Below, in pieces: positions 1-10,867 of a stretch of 64,000 nucleotides of DNA. The notes under the pieces were generated by a model. The model was not told the DNA's origin. It ran no database searches and saw nothing but the letters and a program-made list of their open reading frames with translations. A program made the position numbers and the translations under genes. Source of the DNA: an uncultured Verrucomicrobiae bacterium (GTDB taxonomy: Bacteria; Verrucomicrobiota; Verrucomicrobiia; Limisphaerales; Palsa-1400); NCBI GenBank assembly GCA_963702845.1, contig OY969763.1, positions 2,976,001 to 3,040,000 on the forward strand, written 5' to 3'. Within the stretch, counting starts at the first letter, position 1; the number at the start of each line of letters is the position of its first letter.

Positions 1-403
1 GCGTTGGCTTTATGTTGCATATATCGCATAACGCGACTGATAATGCCATAAAGTTGCTACGCGTCAAAAACTGTAGGGAAACCAGGGAAAGGAGGGAAAG
101 AAACAGCACTTTTTCTGCACAAAATGTCACCGCCAAGACACCACGGTACAAAGATTGCTAAGGGTAAAGAAGTAGGGTCAATGCAAAGGCGCAAAGTGTG
201 GGAAGACGCAAAGAGAATTTGAAAATCAGGAACTCAGAAAATTCAAACACGGATTTCGGGAGAAGATTATTTAACCGCAAAGAGCACAAAGAGCGCAGAG
301 ACAGAAGAATATAAACGTGGAGGACTGCCGTTGCATAGAGTTGCCGGAAAGGAAGGCGCTTATGGCTTGATGAAGTATGTAATTGCCACGAACCAACCCT
401 TTC

Positions 404-1837
404 CTACTCAACCGAAATCCCGTCCAGCCGACAGGAAACAATCCGGCTCACGCGAAGCCCTTCACCAACCGGATGCGTAACGCGCACGCCGGTGCAATTC
501 AGGCCGCGGCAGTTGTGGATATCCAAATAGCCATTATCGATGGCGACATTTCGAATTCGCGAGGTTAAGGTTTGGCGATCGTCTCCATCGTCGAGGCGTC
601 CACTCTGGCCTTCGACTAAAAACTCGCCGTTTTTGAGATCGAATGTCCGCGAGCGCGCAATCGCGGGCGTGGAGGATGCGAATTCTTTTGTTCTCCGCTT
701 TGACGCCCCGCACGACAACACCGGCGGCATTCTTGATGAGCACGCTGTCGTCCTTGCAATCCCGGGCGCTCAAGTCCGAGATCTGAATACCAAACCGCCA
801 CCACTTATCATCGCCACTCATCGGCTGATTGAAATTCGCTACGTAAAAACCGGTCGTGCAGCCGATGGCCACCACGTTGGAGATCGTGATCCCGCGACTT
901 GCGAGCCACGACCAACTATGCTTGTCGCCTTCTTTCTTCCCACAATCCGAGATGACCGCGCGAAGCTTGCCCTCAACCGTAACGTTCGAAAGCGCAACAT
1001 TCACCGCGCCAGCCAGTCGGACGCCGTTCGCGGTCCCGCCCTTGGCGTAGATCTTCGTTGCGGTAGAACCGTTGGAGTTCCATTCCCCGAAATCCGCACG
1101 CGCATACGCGCCCGGATAGCCACTGTAGCCATTGACCGCCCCATCATCCTCGTAAGTGACGAACGAGAGCGTATCGTCGCCCGTCTCGATGCCCGTCACA
1201 CCGGAAACGTGCGCCCGACGGCACGCGTTGAAGTGTAGGCCATCGGCGTAAGTGCGTGTGACGCGGTAGTTCTCCACCTCAATATCCGAGCAACCCATCA
1301 GAACCGCGCCGGCCTGTGGACTCAAGTCTGCACTGCACTCGACCATGCGAACATTGGAGATGCACTCGGCCTCGTCCGGAAATCCCTCAAACCGAAACCC
1401 ATCGCCCATGCTCCTGCCGCTAGGTTTCTTCGCCCATTTCACCGCGACGTTCGTCAGCGAGATGTCATGACAGGGCCCGCGAAAAACGACGCCGTGGCCG
1501 AAGTCCCCCGCGCCGCTTTGCGGATTCAGATTATCCATCAACAGCACCGCGCCTGGATCGAACAGAATCGTCACATTCGAAATGCCGGCGAATTCAATGG
1601 CGTTCTGCATCCCGTTCTGCCTGGCGCAACGATAAATACCGTGCGGAAAAAAAGAATCCCGCTCTTGTGTTGCGCCAACGCCCCAACCGCCTTGTTTATC
1701 GCGGGCTGATCATCGACAACCTCGTCACCCACCGCACCGAACGCACGAACGTCGAAGCGTTCCAGCGCTGTCCGCCCGGTGACAGCTGCAAAAAGCGGTG
1801 CGGACAAGATTAGGATTGCAAGGGCAACGCGGAACAT
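404..1837 (-). CDS. Secreted right-handed beta-helix (pectate lyase-like/glycoside hydrolase) protein, frameshifted
   Basis: Signal peptide and FDVRAFGAVGD..DDQPAINKA motif in ORF 1571-1837; beta-helix repeats (ADGLHF, TGDD) in 534-1610; C-terminus in 404-730; frame breaks near 1650 (A7 run) and ~640. Confidence 0.7.
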
Positions 1838-2052
1838 GCCGACGCAGCATTCCGACGGGATGCTTACTTGTCAATCTGTGCTTGCCCCAAAGATAGTGTC
1901 GAACATTTTCGCTGGTCGTAGCGGCATTGGATTGTCTACAAATTCCATTGATGCGCGATTCGGTGCGGGCGTTATATCGATAGTTAAGAAAGCGTGCAGT
2001 TAAACAATAAAACATTCGGCTTGGTTAACGTGCGGTCAGTTGTCGACGACTT

Positions 2053-2784
2053 ATGAACGAGCAAGATCCCGAAGTTGGTCCTACATATCATTACGACAAG
2101 CCAAAGCCGTTTGAGTTTGCGATCGGGGATGAGGGAACGATTCAATCGGTGGATCAACACATCGAGAAGTGGATTGGGAAACCAGACACGGTTTATCACG
2201 AGATTATTTCCGACAAGGTTCACATAGACGTTCACATTGTTAATCCCTCCGAACGGTTTCTATGTTACACACTGGTAACTTCGGGGATGAGCGACTTGCC
2301 GATGCGCGCGCCGCCGAGTCATGCCGATCTCGCGTATGCGGAGCTGTTTCTTTGCCTGCCACCCGACTGGAAAATGGGTCAGGAGCAATGGAAACAGCAT
2401 CAAAATTATTGGCCGATTCAAGCATTGAAATATTTGGCGCGCTTTCCGCACCAATACGAAACCTGGCTTTCCTACGGACACACAATTCCAAATGGCAACC
2501 CGCCCGCGCCGTTCGATCCGTCGACACAGCTCTCGTCATTGATCCTGCTAAGGCCGTTTCGGATTCCGTCGGACTTTCATGAGTTGAAGGTAAATGACGC
2601 TAAGACGGTTCGGTTCTTCTCGGTCGTGCCTCTGCATAACGACGAACTCGAGTTCAAATTGAAGAGTGGGGCAGAAGCGATTGAGAGGGCGCTCTTGGAA
2701 GCAGGGGGTTCTGAGATAGTTGATCCGAAGAGGAAATCGGCCATCGAAAGGTCGGGCTTTTTCGGCCGGCTGTTTGGAAGGTGA
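2053..2784 (+). CDS. Suppressor of fused (SUFU) domain protein
   Basis: VHIDVH, TLVTSGMS, AEL, WP..LK.LARFPH...TWL.YGHT motifs. Confidence 0.85.
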   Translation: MNEQDPEVGPTYHYDKPKPFEFAIGDEGTIQSVDQHIEKWIGKPDTVYHEIISDKVHIDVHIVNPSERFLCYTLVTSGMSDLPMRAPPSHADLAYAELFLCLPPDWKMGQEQWKQHQNYWPIQALKYLARFPHQYETWLSYGHTIPNGNPPAPFDPSTQLSSLILLRPFRIPSDFHELKVNDAKTVRFFSVVPLHNDELEFKLKSGAEAIERALLEAGGSEIVDPKRKSAIERSGFFGRLFGR

Positions 2785-2886
2785 TGCAGATGGATATCCC
2801 CCGGAATGGGCGACTAGTCAACAAACAAAGGACGGGCACGTGAGGCGAGAACCGGCTTACCGAAAAATCAATATCTGATTAGAGAC

Positions 2887-3471
2887 TTACTGTTCGTAGA
2901 TGACTTTTTCTGCTGCCGCTAAAGTTTTTTTAATGCCGACCCAATTCGTTTTCCACGGATGGTCTTCGCGGTGTCCCCGTTTTCCACAGTCTGCGTTCAG
3001 AACCTTTGCCTTTTCCTTCGCGATAACGCGCACGGATTGAAGTTGCGCGAGCAAGTTCGTGTTCTTTGCATCGCCTAGGCGCTCGATATAGTCATCCAAT
3101 TGTTTGAGTTCAAACGTTGCGGAATTATCAGCCCCGCCATTGCATCCACTAACCAGTTGAAAACCCTTCGCGCGATACTCCATCGCCGATTCGAATTTGC
3201 TGAACGCGATTGCAATACTCATACCCGGAATTCCAACAAGCGTTGGCAGGGCAATACTTACTAAGATGGCCACGACGCGTTTTCCGGCTCTGTACAGCGG
3301 AATGTTTGCCCAAAAGAAACCACAGACGACCATTGCGGCAATTGCCTGCCAAGGCAGAAAGTACAATTGAGGGCAGCTACGGGTAAGCGCCAACGCCAAG
3401 ACAAAGAAAACTGCGGCGATTGCATTTCGTTTAAAAAGCGAAGGCGCCAAGCCGTTTGCAGGTTCTCCCAT
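2887..3471 (-). CDS. Hypothetical membrane protein (about 3 TM helices plus soluble C-terminus)
   Basis: Hydrophobic segments in ORF 2887-3534; start uncertain. Confidence 0.55.
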   Translation of the reverse strand: MGEPANGLAPSLFKRNAIAAVFFVLALALTRSCPQLYFLPWQAIAAMVVCGFFWANIPLYRAGKRVVAILVSIALPTLVGIPGMSIAIAFSKFESAMEYRAKGFQLVSGCNGGADNSATFELKQLDDYIERLGDAKNTNLLAQLQSVRVIAKEKAKVLNADCGKRGHREDHPWKTNWVGIKKTLAAAEKVIYEQ

Positions 3472-3738
3472 TTCATTTGCAATGACACCATAATCTTGGA
3501 ATAAGGTAAAGCGTCTTGGGGCGCCGCAACCCATGTAAGTCCCTGGCTGTGGAGTTTGAATCGCGCGCGTCTTTCACGTGCGATTCATTGAGGTGCGGGT
3601 TAGCGGGAAACGGCTTGTTTTCAGGAAATGCGCTGCACCAGGGACCTGCGGACTAAAGACATTTAACTTCTTCGTCGCCGCCTCACGATCCACGCTGCGC
3701 GGGACAGGAAGTGAAACTTCGTTTTTTGGTTTTACCCA

Positions 3739-3762
3739 GGGAAGCACCCGCTGCCCTCTGCA
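3739..3762 (+). repeat. Dispersed repeat, part B
   Basis: gggaagcacccgctgccctctgca matches 12720-12744 with a 1-nt indel. Confidence 0.8.
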
Positions 3763-3955
3763 CCATTCGGGTCACCCATAGTATAAATCGTTTTATTGTG
3801 GATGAAAAACGATGCAACAAGTTCAAAAACGCACCATATATGGGTTGCCCCCTCTTGATGGGTAGCGACAATCTCACCACATCGTCAGTTTTTCCATTTT
3901 CCCGGTTTTGCTCGTTTTTGACTTTCATGACAGGTAGGGATCGCCCCAAGCATCG

Positions 3956-5693
3956 ATGAAACGTTTACTATTGGTTTTGGCGTTTGTGATGACGGGTTTA
4001 CCGGCATTTGCGACTTATACTGACGTCAAACTGGGCCCCCTAATATCCAGCAAAGTTCTTTCGACGAATTGGCTGGCGGAGATCAAAACTGCAATTCCCG
4101 GAGCCGTAATCTCAACAGAAACCAGGTTTGAAGCTTTAACTAATTTGTTATTCCGCGAGGCGCAAAATGGAAACGCGGCGGCGCAAGGACTGTGGGGCAT
4201 GGCGGTGTTGGTGCAAAGCCATTCGCCGGAGGAAATGAAGAGCGGCCTGCAATTGATTCGAAATTCCGCCACAAACGGTTACGTGCCGGCGATGGTGAAT
4301 CTCGGGTTTCTGCTGGAAAGTGGTGTCTATATTCCGCGAGATTATTCCGAAGCTTTCTATTGGTTCAGTAAAGCAACTGCTCAAACGAATGCGGAGGCAA
4401 ATCTCCAACTGGGAGGCTGTTATTCCTACGGACTGGGCACGACGAAAGACGTTGCGAAAGCGGCCGAATGTTACCGGCGAGCGGCCGAATTGACCAATTA
4501 TATTGCGATGAAAAGTCTCGGATACGTGCTGGCGAATGGCATCGGAGTGAAAGAGGACAAAGAAGAGGCGAAACATTGGTTCAGCCGGGCGGCAATTGAG
4601 GGCAAAAACCGGCGGGCAATGTTTGATTTGGGAGCACTATGCATGACCAATATATACGACAAACGGATGCTGACAGAAGGTTTACAATGGTTCAGGCAAA
4701 GCGCGGAACTTGGCGATGCCCTCGCCTGCATGGAGTTGGCGAGTTTTTATTACCAAGGACGGGGAGCGGTTGAAACCAATGTTGACGAATATCGGTTTTG
4801 GAGATCGCGTGCCGCAGTGCTGGGGGCGACGCAAGCGCAATATATGATGGGGGATGCTTACCGCACAGGGGACGGCGTGCCAAAAGACGCAGGACACCTC
4901 GCTGATGTGGTATCGTAGAGCGGCGGAAAAACATCACCCAACTGCATGCTTCGCTGTGGCCGCTCATCTTCTTCAGGACAAAACAAACCGGCTCTCGCGA
5001 ATGCGCGCAGAGACGTACATGTTGGACGCGGCGCAAGGCGGACACAGAGAAGCTCAACTTCAATGTGCTTTGAGCAGCTTCCGCGGGGACTTGGGCGGAT
5101 CCGATTGTGAAGCTGGAAAGCGTTGGCTGGCCATCTCCGCAAGTAATGGTTGGTCGCACGCGGAATTTTGGCTGTTCTATTATTACTACAAGGGCCTTGC
5201 TCCTGGTCCGGGTTGTGGCGCATATCCCAACGACACGAATGCGGCGATCGGCTGGCTCCGTCGGGCGTCCCAACACGGAAGCTTGCAAGCTCAAGGAAGG
5301 TTGGCAGTGTTCATGCTTGACGGCAGAGATGTTCGCCCTAACCCCGTCGAGGCCGAGAGACTGCTACGCAATGCGGCGGACCACGGGAATGCGACGGCTC
5401 AGAATGATTTGGGTTTTGCGCTTTCAAGCGGTTTGCTCGGAAAACATGATCTAGTAGAAGCGGCAATGTGGTGTGACCTGGCCCAAAGGCACATGGGCGA
5501 AACGAATGCGGTCAAGCTGGCAGTTGCCAATCTACAGAATATTCTGCCGCTTTTGGATACTATGCAACGGCATGAGGTCGATAGACGTACCTACGAATTT
5601 CGCGCGATGCCGTATTTAGAGGATGACCCGGTGGTAAAGGGTTGGGATTCGAACCCGTCATATCAGCCGGAAGATGGGCAGTTCGGACATTAA
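3956..5693 (+). CDS. Secreted Sel1-repeat (TPR-like) protein, frameshifted near 4888
   Basis: Signal peptide; repeated A..LG..Y..G.GV.KD...A..W...AA units across ORFs 3956-4918 and 4854-5693. Confidence 0.85.
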
Positions 5694-5875
5694 TTTCCGA
5701 TCCCCCCGCTTGCATTCCCATTGACTCCAGCGCGGTAAGGACGAATTTTACGGCGTCCCAAAACTCTAAAAAACGCGTCAGTCCTCACTGGCCAAGTGAT
5801 ACAATGGGGATCATCCCATTGAGATGCTACGTAGTTTAATACTTAGTTTAGGAGTTATTACGTAGTTTTTAATTT

Positions 5876-6106
5876 TTACCATGGGGCATTGCGACCTGTC
5901 CCCAATACTTTGATTGTTTTTTTCTTTCGCAGCCTGGTAAGAATTTGACGGATCATATCCACACCCACTCCTGGACATTGCGCCTGTAAATCAGCAATCC
6001 GGAAAGTGCTGACGTGCCGATCAATTGCCGCGAGCACCATTTCGGTCTTCTCTCCGCGGACCGACTTCAGTTGCCCAACCCGTTGCTCTACCGCGCCAGC
6101 GTACAA
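5876..6106 (-). pseudogene. C-terminal winged-helix remnant of a Fic-family protein
   Basis: RGEKTEMVLAAI..FRIADLQ.QCPGVG.DMIR.IL..LR....I.VLGTGRNAPW resembles Fic-protein C-termini; no Fic catalytic motif or proper start. Confidence 0.55.
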
Positions 6107-6123
6107 AAACAGATTCTTATCAG

Positions 6124-7746
6124 TTAGATGTTGGCGAGTTCACCGAAGTAGTCGTGGTCTTCGTTGTAGCCGCCTTCGCCCTGGCCAACTGATGCCGAAC
6201 TTTCGACGAGTTCGATTGATTCGATCCATTTAACCATTTTGAAGCCAAGCTGGTTTTCGACGCGTAATCGCAACGGCGCACCGTGGTGACGGTTCAAAGG
6301 TTCATAGTTCATCTCATAGGCCAGCATGGTTAACGGATGGCAGGCGTTTTCGAGGGAGAGTGTGTCGTAAAATCTGCCGCCTTCGCGGCCTTCGCCATAG
6401 GAGCGGAAGGCAACGGCGCCGGCGTTGGCGGCGGGACCGGCACGTTGAATGATTTCGGAGAGTGGGACGCCAGTCCATGCGGCGATTCCGGACCAGCCCT
6501 GGATGCAGTGATGGAGGGTGATCTGCGTCTTTTTTGTCATGGCGCGGAGGTCGTCGAGTGAGAGTTCGATTGGACGTTGGACAAGGCCGAATATTTTGAG
6601 GCGGTAGTTTTTGAATCCGTTTGCATCGAGTCTCTTCCATTCGTCGCAGTCAGGGACTTTGCCGTTGCACCAAAGATAGGGCGAGATGTCGGAGGGTTGG
6701 AAGTTGGCTCTGGGCGCGGCGCGGTTGAGGAGGAGGTTCATTGCGGGCGTGACGATGAGCTTCGCGGTGTGTTGGACGGTGCGCGGATGCTTCCATGCAA
6801 GCCACCAGGCGATAATATTGACGGCAATCACTACAGCAATTCCGACAAGGCCAAGCTGCCAGCCGATCGAGTGGGTGTCGTCGGTGCCGATGACGATGTG
6901 GTTCATGTTGCGGGCGAAGCCGGTGGCGAAGACGAGTGCGATGTGAAAGGTGATGAAGATGACGAACGCCAACATGACAAGGAAATGGAGTGAGCGGCCG
7001 ATCTGACGATTGCCGGGGACTTTTGGATAGCATTTGAAACGGTTGGTCAACGCAGGCGACATGGATGGTCCGGTGAGGATGGCGAGCGGGGCGAGGACGA
7101 AGACCACGACGAAGTAGGTGAGTTGTTGAAGGGCGTTGTATTGGAAGTAGCCGTTGGGTTCTTCGGGCATGTGAAAGGTGGCGTAGTGCACGAATATGGC
7201 CCAGGCGTCTGGAATGATCTTCCACGATGTGGGAACGAGGCGTCGCCATTGATCGCCGCTCAAGAGGAGGACGATGAAAACGAGCCCGTTGACGACCCAA
7301 AAGAGGACGCTGAGGAAATGCCAGTGGCGAGCCATGCCGACTGTGTGGCGTCCGCCGGGGAGGCCAATCCAGGGGGTGAGGTAACGGGCGTCGTCTTTGG
7401 CGGTCCAAACGCCGTCCCGCGGCATTTTAACGGGAGTCAAGCGCAGCCATTCGGAACCGGGTGTGCAATGGACGTTCCAGTAAAGGCGCGGGTGGTCGAA
7501 CAGGATTTGGACGCCGCTGCGGATGAGAAGGATCAGGAAAAGGAAATTAACATAGTGGGTGATGCGCAGCCAGGATGGGAAGCCTTGAGGGGTGCCGACG
7601 GGCGGCGGTTGTGCGCCGGGCGGGATAGCCGGCAAGTCGAACAAGCCCCATTGGATATAGGCTGCGGCGATCGCGACAACGAGCGGCGACAGGAAAACCA
7701 ACAACGTCCCGGAGCGAATACGCATAGGCTTATTGAACGTAAGCAT
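6124..7746 (-). CDS. Cytochrome b + molybdopterin-dependent oxidoreductase fusion (sulfite oxidase/MsrP-like family)
   Basis: TM domain with haem-ligand His (RITHY, ARHWH, RSLHF, FHI); HHCIQGWS Mo-ligand Cys; HGAPLRL..LGFKMVKWI. Confidence 0.85.
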   Translation of the reverse strand: MLTFNKPMRIRSGTLLVFLSPLVVAIAAAYIQWGLFDLPAIPPGAQPPPVGTPQGFPSWLRITHYVNFLFLILLIRSGVQILFDHPRLYWNVHCTPGSEWLRLTPVKMPRDGVWTAKDDARYLTPWIGLPGGRHTVGMARHWHFLSVLFWVVNGLVFIVLLLSGDQWRRLVPTSWKIIPDAWAIFVHYATFHMPEEPNGYFQYNALQQLTYFVVVFVLAPLAILTGPSMSPALTNRFKCYPKVPGNRQIGRSLHFLVMLAFVIFITFHIALVFATGFARNMNHIVIGTDDTHSIGWQLGLVGIAVVIAVNIIAWWLAWKHPRTVQHTAKLIVTPAMNLLLNRAAPRANFQPSDISPYLWCNGKVPDCDEWKRLDANGFKNYRLKIFGLVQRPIELSLDDLRAMTKKTQITLHHCIQGWSGIAAWTGVPLSEIIQRAGPAANAGAVAFRSYGEGREGGRFYDTLSLENACHPLTMLAYEMNYEPLNRHHGAPLRLRVENQLGFKMVKWIESIELVESSASVGQGEGGYNEDHDYFGELANI

Positions 7747-7841
7747 TGCGCCGGATCTGGTTTGCGGCAAGGGAGGACTGTCGTAATCGTTGCTATGAAC
7801 AAAAGAGGTCGGGTTCTAATATGGATAACAAACAGCGAGCG

Positions 7842-7943
7842 GGTGTCATCACTATCATTTTCCATTTTCGATATCCCACCCTGCTTGACACAGTAACAAC
7901 GTTACTCATCAACGGAGGCGGCCACGAGGCGAGGCAAATCGTC
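7842..7943 (+). repeat. Dispersed repeat, part A (contains TTGACA and palindrome AGTAAC-aac-GTTACT)
   Basis: Aligns to 12615-12719 with 6 substitutions and a 3-nt indel. Confidence 0.9.
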
Positions 7944-8268
7944 ATCTTGATCATTGACGTACCAATAAAGAAGCATGTCCGTGCCTTCGCTCGGCTTCAC
8001 GTGTGAGTTCTGTTTCAGCTCCAAAATTTGTGCGAGAAATCTGGCATGAATCAAAAGAATCTCGGCCATGCCGGTGACACGAACGGCAGGAAAGCATTTC
8101 TCCCTCAACCGCGCAGCATCCAAAAAGCAGTTTCCAATCAATCAGGGAAAGCCTGATGCCTCAATAAGTAGAACCCCTGATTGTAAATTACGACGTAAGG
8201 CTGCTAGCGTCTTCTCAAGCCCAGCTTCTTAACGTGTCAAAAACCATAATCTCAACGTTTAATTCCTT

Positions 8269-8925
8269 ATGAAATACATCAAACACACACTGATCGCGTA
8301 CGCGGGAACTGCGGTGTTGGGATTGTTAGCTTTGGCGTCTTCGCCGGCTCAAGCCACCTGCACCAAGACAATTTACGTTCACTATGTCGGGTTCGGTTTC
8401 ACCGACACTGGCGCAATCCTTAACAACAAGAACACTTGTTGGGGATTGGAAGCCCCATTCTACAGCGGAGGGGATGTCTGGAGTGTTTGCAGCGCCTCGA
8501 GTCAACCCAGCGGAGGCACACGGTGGGCATACAATGAAATAACTAACCCCAGCACCGATCAAGCCCATATCCAAACGTGCAAGAGCCGCAACGGCGGGGC
8601 TGCCGATACCGTATATGTCACACCGAACAGCGGCGGGTTTGACACGTGGTCGCACAGCGGCGTCACGGGCGTCAACCGCTACTTCAACGAGTGCTACAAC
8701 AGCGGGTCCGTGAACAATCAATGGCTTGGCGGCGGTTGCATTAATAACAGCGGTAGACCAATGTGGAACCTCGCGCAAGCCCAAATCGATGGCACTGTCT
8801 CCAACAGTGTCTCGGCCCTCTGCAGGCGTCAGCAGCGGAATTGGATCGGATTCTATTCCAACGGCCTGGACAGCTCTCATATGAATAGCTTCTGGCAGGC
8901 TATGAACTACTGCACAACGCATTAA
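8269..8925 (+). CDS. Secreted cysteine-rich hypothetical protein
   Basis: Signal peptide ending AQA; 8 Cys in mature part; followed by terminator. Confidence 0.75.
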   Translation: MKYIKHTLIAYAGTAVLGLLALASSPAQATCTKTIYVHYVGFGFTDTGAILNNKNTCWGLEAPFYSGGDVWSVCSASSQPSGGTRWAYNEITNPSTDQAHIQTCKSRNGGAADTVYVTPNSGGFDTWSHSGVTGVNRYFNECYNSGSVNNQWLGGGCINNSGRPMWNLAQAQIDGTVSNSVSALCRRQQRNWIGFYSNGLDSSHMNSFWQAMNYCTTH

Positions 8926-8950
8926 ACAAATAACGTCTGTATTAATTTAG

Positions 8951-8989
8951 GGGCCTTCCGCGCGAATCTGCGGGAAGGCCCTTTCCTTT
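8951..8989 (+). terminator. Intrinsic terminator
   Basis: gggccttccg...cgggaaggccc stem followed by T-rich tail. Confidence 0.75.
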
Positions 8990-9041
8990 GAGGCCGAGCC
9001 AGTGAGCTTGCGTGTAGCCGTTTCTAGATTGTAATTATTTT

Positions 9042-9934
9042 ATGGAAAACAACACCAATCCAAGCCCCCAAATCGAGAAGAAGCAAAGCGGGGCAGTCGT
9101 GACGTTCTGCCGGCTAACCTCGTCGCTCTACGTGGTCGCGGGGGCGGTTATTGTCGCGAGCATTATTATTGCCGGCACATTCGTGTATACTCAGCGCCTG
9201 GCTATGAATACTGCCCATGAGACTGCTCAGCGCCTGGCCGCTAATGCCGGCCATGACGCTGCCCAGCAATTGGGCTTCAATGCTGGCCAGAAGCTGCCAA
9301 CCAACAAGGCGCTGCTGCCGGTCAAAATCCGCAGACGCCGCCAGCCAGCCCCTCCAACCGATTAACGTGAGCGCGATAAGTACGAACGGCGAACCCTTTA
9401 TGGGTGAACCTAATGCGCCGGTGACGATTGTTGAATGGTCCGACTACCAATGCCCCTATTGCGAGCAATTTGAAGCCACCATCTTGCCCCAGCTTGATTC
9501 CCGCTATATTAAAACCGGCAAAGTAAAAATCGTCTTTAAAGATTTTCAATTCCTCGGGCCCAATTCTATCACGGCAGGTGAAGTTGCTCGCGCGGTTTGG
9601 CAGGCTTATCCGAACGACTTTTACCAATGGCGCCAGGCTATTTTTCAAAATCAGGGCGAGGAGAACCATAATGCCGACCCGAATGGTCTCACTACATATC
9701 TGAATTTGACCGCAGAAAGTGCCTGGCATTGACACTAATAAAATTGCCCAGCTTGTGGCACAAAACAAACTACAGTATGACGCCGCTATCAAAGCCGGCC
9801 AAACTGAGGCCAGCAAGTTCAGCGTTGACGGCACGCCTTCGTTCGTGATTGGCAACGGCAACCCGCCTATCATCGGCGGCGCGCCCTTCAACAATTCAGC
9901 AAGCTTATTGAAGCGCAGAAGAAGTAAATCGTAA
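9042..9934 (+). CDS. DsbA-family thiol:disulfide oxidoreductase with N-terminal membrane anchor, frameshifted
   Basis: G.PNAPVTIVEWSDYQCPYC; KIVFKDF; VDGTPSF cis-Pro loop; split over three ORFs. Confidence 0.85.
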
Positions 9935-9970
9935 TTATCAAGATCCCCGTGTAATCTCGTGCTGCTCCTT

Positions 9971-10757
9971 ATGCAGAAATTTCGACGGATTATGGTTCTG
10001 GCGTCACTTTCATTAGCGACGGTTGCCCTGGCACAAAACCGACGGCTCCTATTTTCCACGGCGCCCGGTGTCCTCGCCGAACGGCGGCACACTCCGCCGG
10101 GCGGTAATTACTTTGCCGACGCTTATGTTCGATTCCGAAACGAAAACCTACGATGCCAAAGTCGGCGAAGCGCAGGCGCCATTCGTCTTCAATCTTACCA
10201 ACGTCTGGACCAATGAAATCGTTATCGACCGCACCGCGACCAGTTGCGGTTGCACCGTGGCGAAGTTGCCCGAACAACCCTGGCACCTGAAACCGAGTGC
10301 CTACGGTGAAATCAAAGTCACCGTCAATCTCGCTGGTAAACCGCCCGGTTTAATTCAAAAGGAAGTGACCGTTTACACCTCCGTCGGCATGCGCATGCTC
10401 ACCGTCAAGGTGAATAATCCCGCTGTGGCCATGACCGAAGCGCAACGCAAGGCGAATGCCGAAAAAGCGATGAAAGATCGCCAGTCGATTTTCCATCGCG
10501 GCGCGACGGCTGATGACAACTGCGCTTCCTGCCACGTTGACAAAGGCGTCGGCCAGATAGGCGCAGGACTTTACGCCGCCGATTGTGGTATTTGCCACGA
10601 TTCACCTATTCGCGCGAGCGGCGTTCCGGATTTGAAAGCGCTCGCCGCAGTCAAAGACACCGACTTTGATTACTGGAAGGAATGGATCAGCGATGGCGGA
10701 AGAGTCGGCTCGATGATGCCGGCATTCGCCACGACCCATGGCGGGCCGTTGAACTGA
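9971..10757 (+). CDS. DUF1573-like Ig domain + dihaem c-type cytochrome, frameshifted
   Basis: TSCGCT motif; CASCH and CGICH haem motifs; SMMPAF axial Met; signal peptide in other frame; true end probably slightly past 10757. Confidence 0.8.
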
Positions 10758-10867
10758 GGCCGAAGTCAATAACGCTTGCCGCGTACCTGATTCTGATCCG
10801 TTTCGCGCCATCCGCAGTCGACGGACGGCGCTGTGACCAACGCCGCGTTGATCAAGAAACAGACCCC

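Noticed and set aside
5639..5662. GGGATTCGAACCC, resembling a reverse tRNA T-arm or att site
   Set aside because: Lies in the Sel1 reading frame (GWDSNP); no acceptor stem or rest of cloverleaf
7905..7945. SAM-I riboswitch (CTCATCAA..GAGG start)
   Set aside because: Lacks the GCAACC and GTGC core and has no methionine-related downstream gene
10755..10757. TGA as selenocysteine or readthrough in the cytochrome
   Set aside because: Better explained by extra bases (GGPLTEAEV..LAAYL is restored by removing them)
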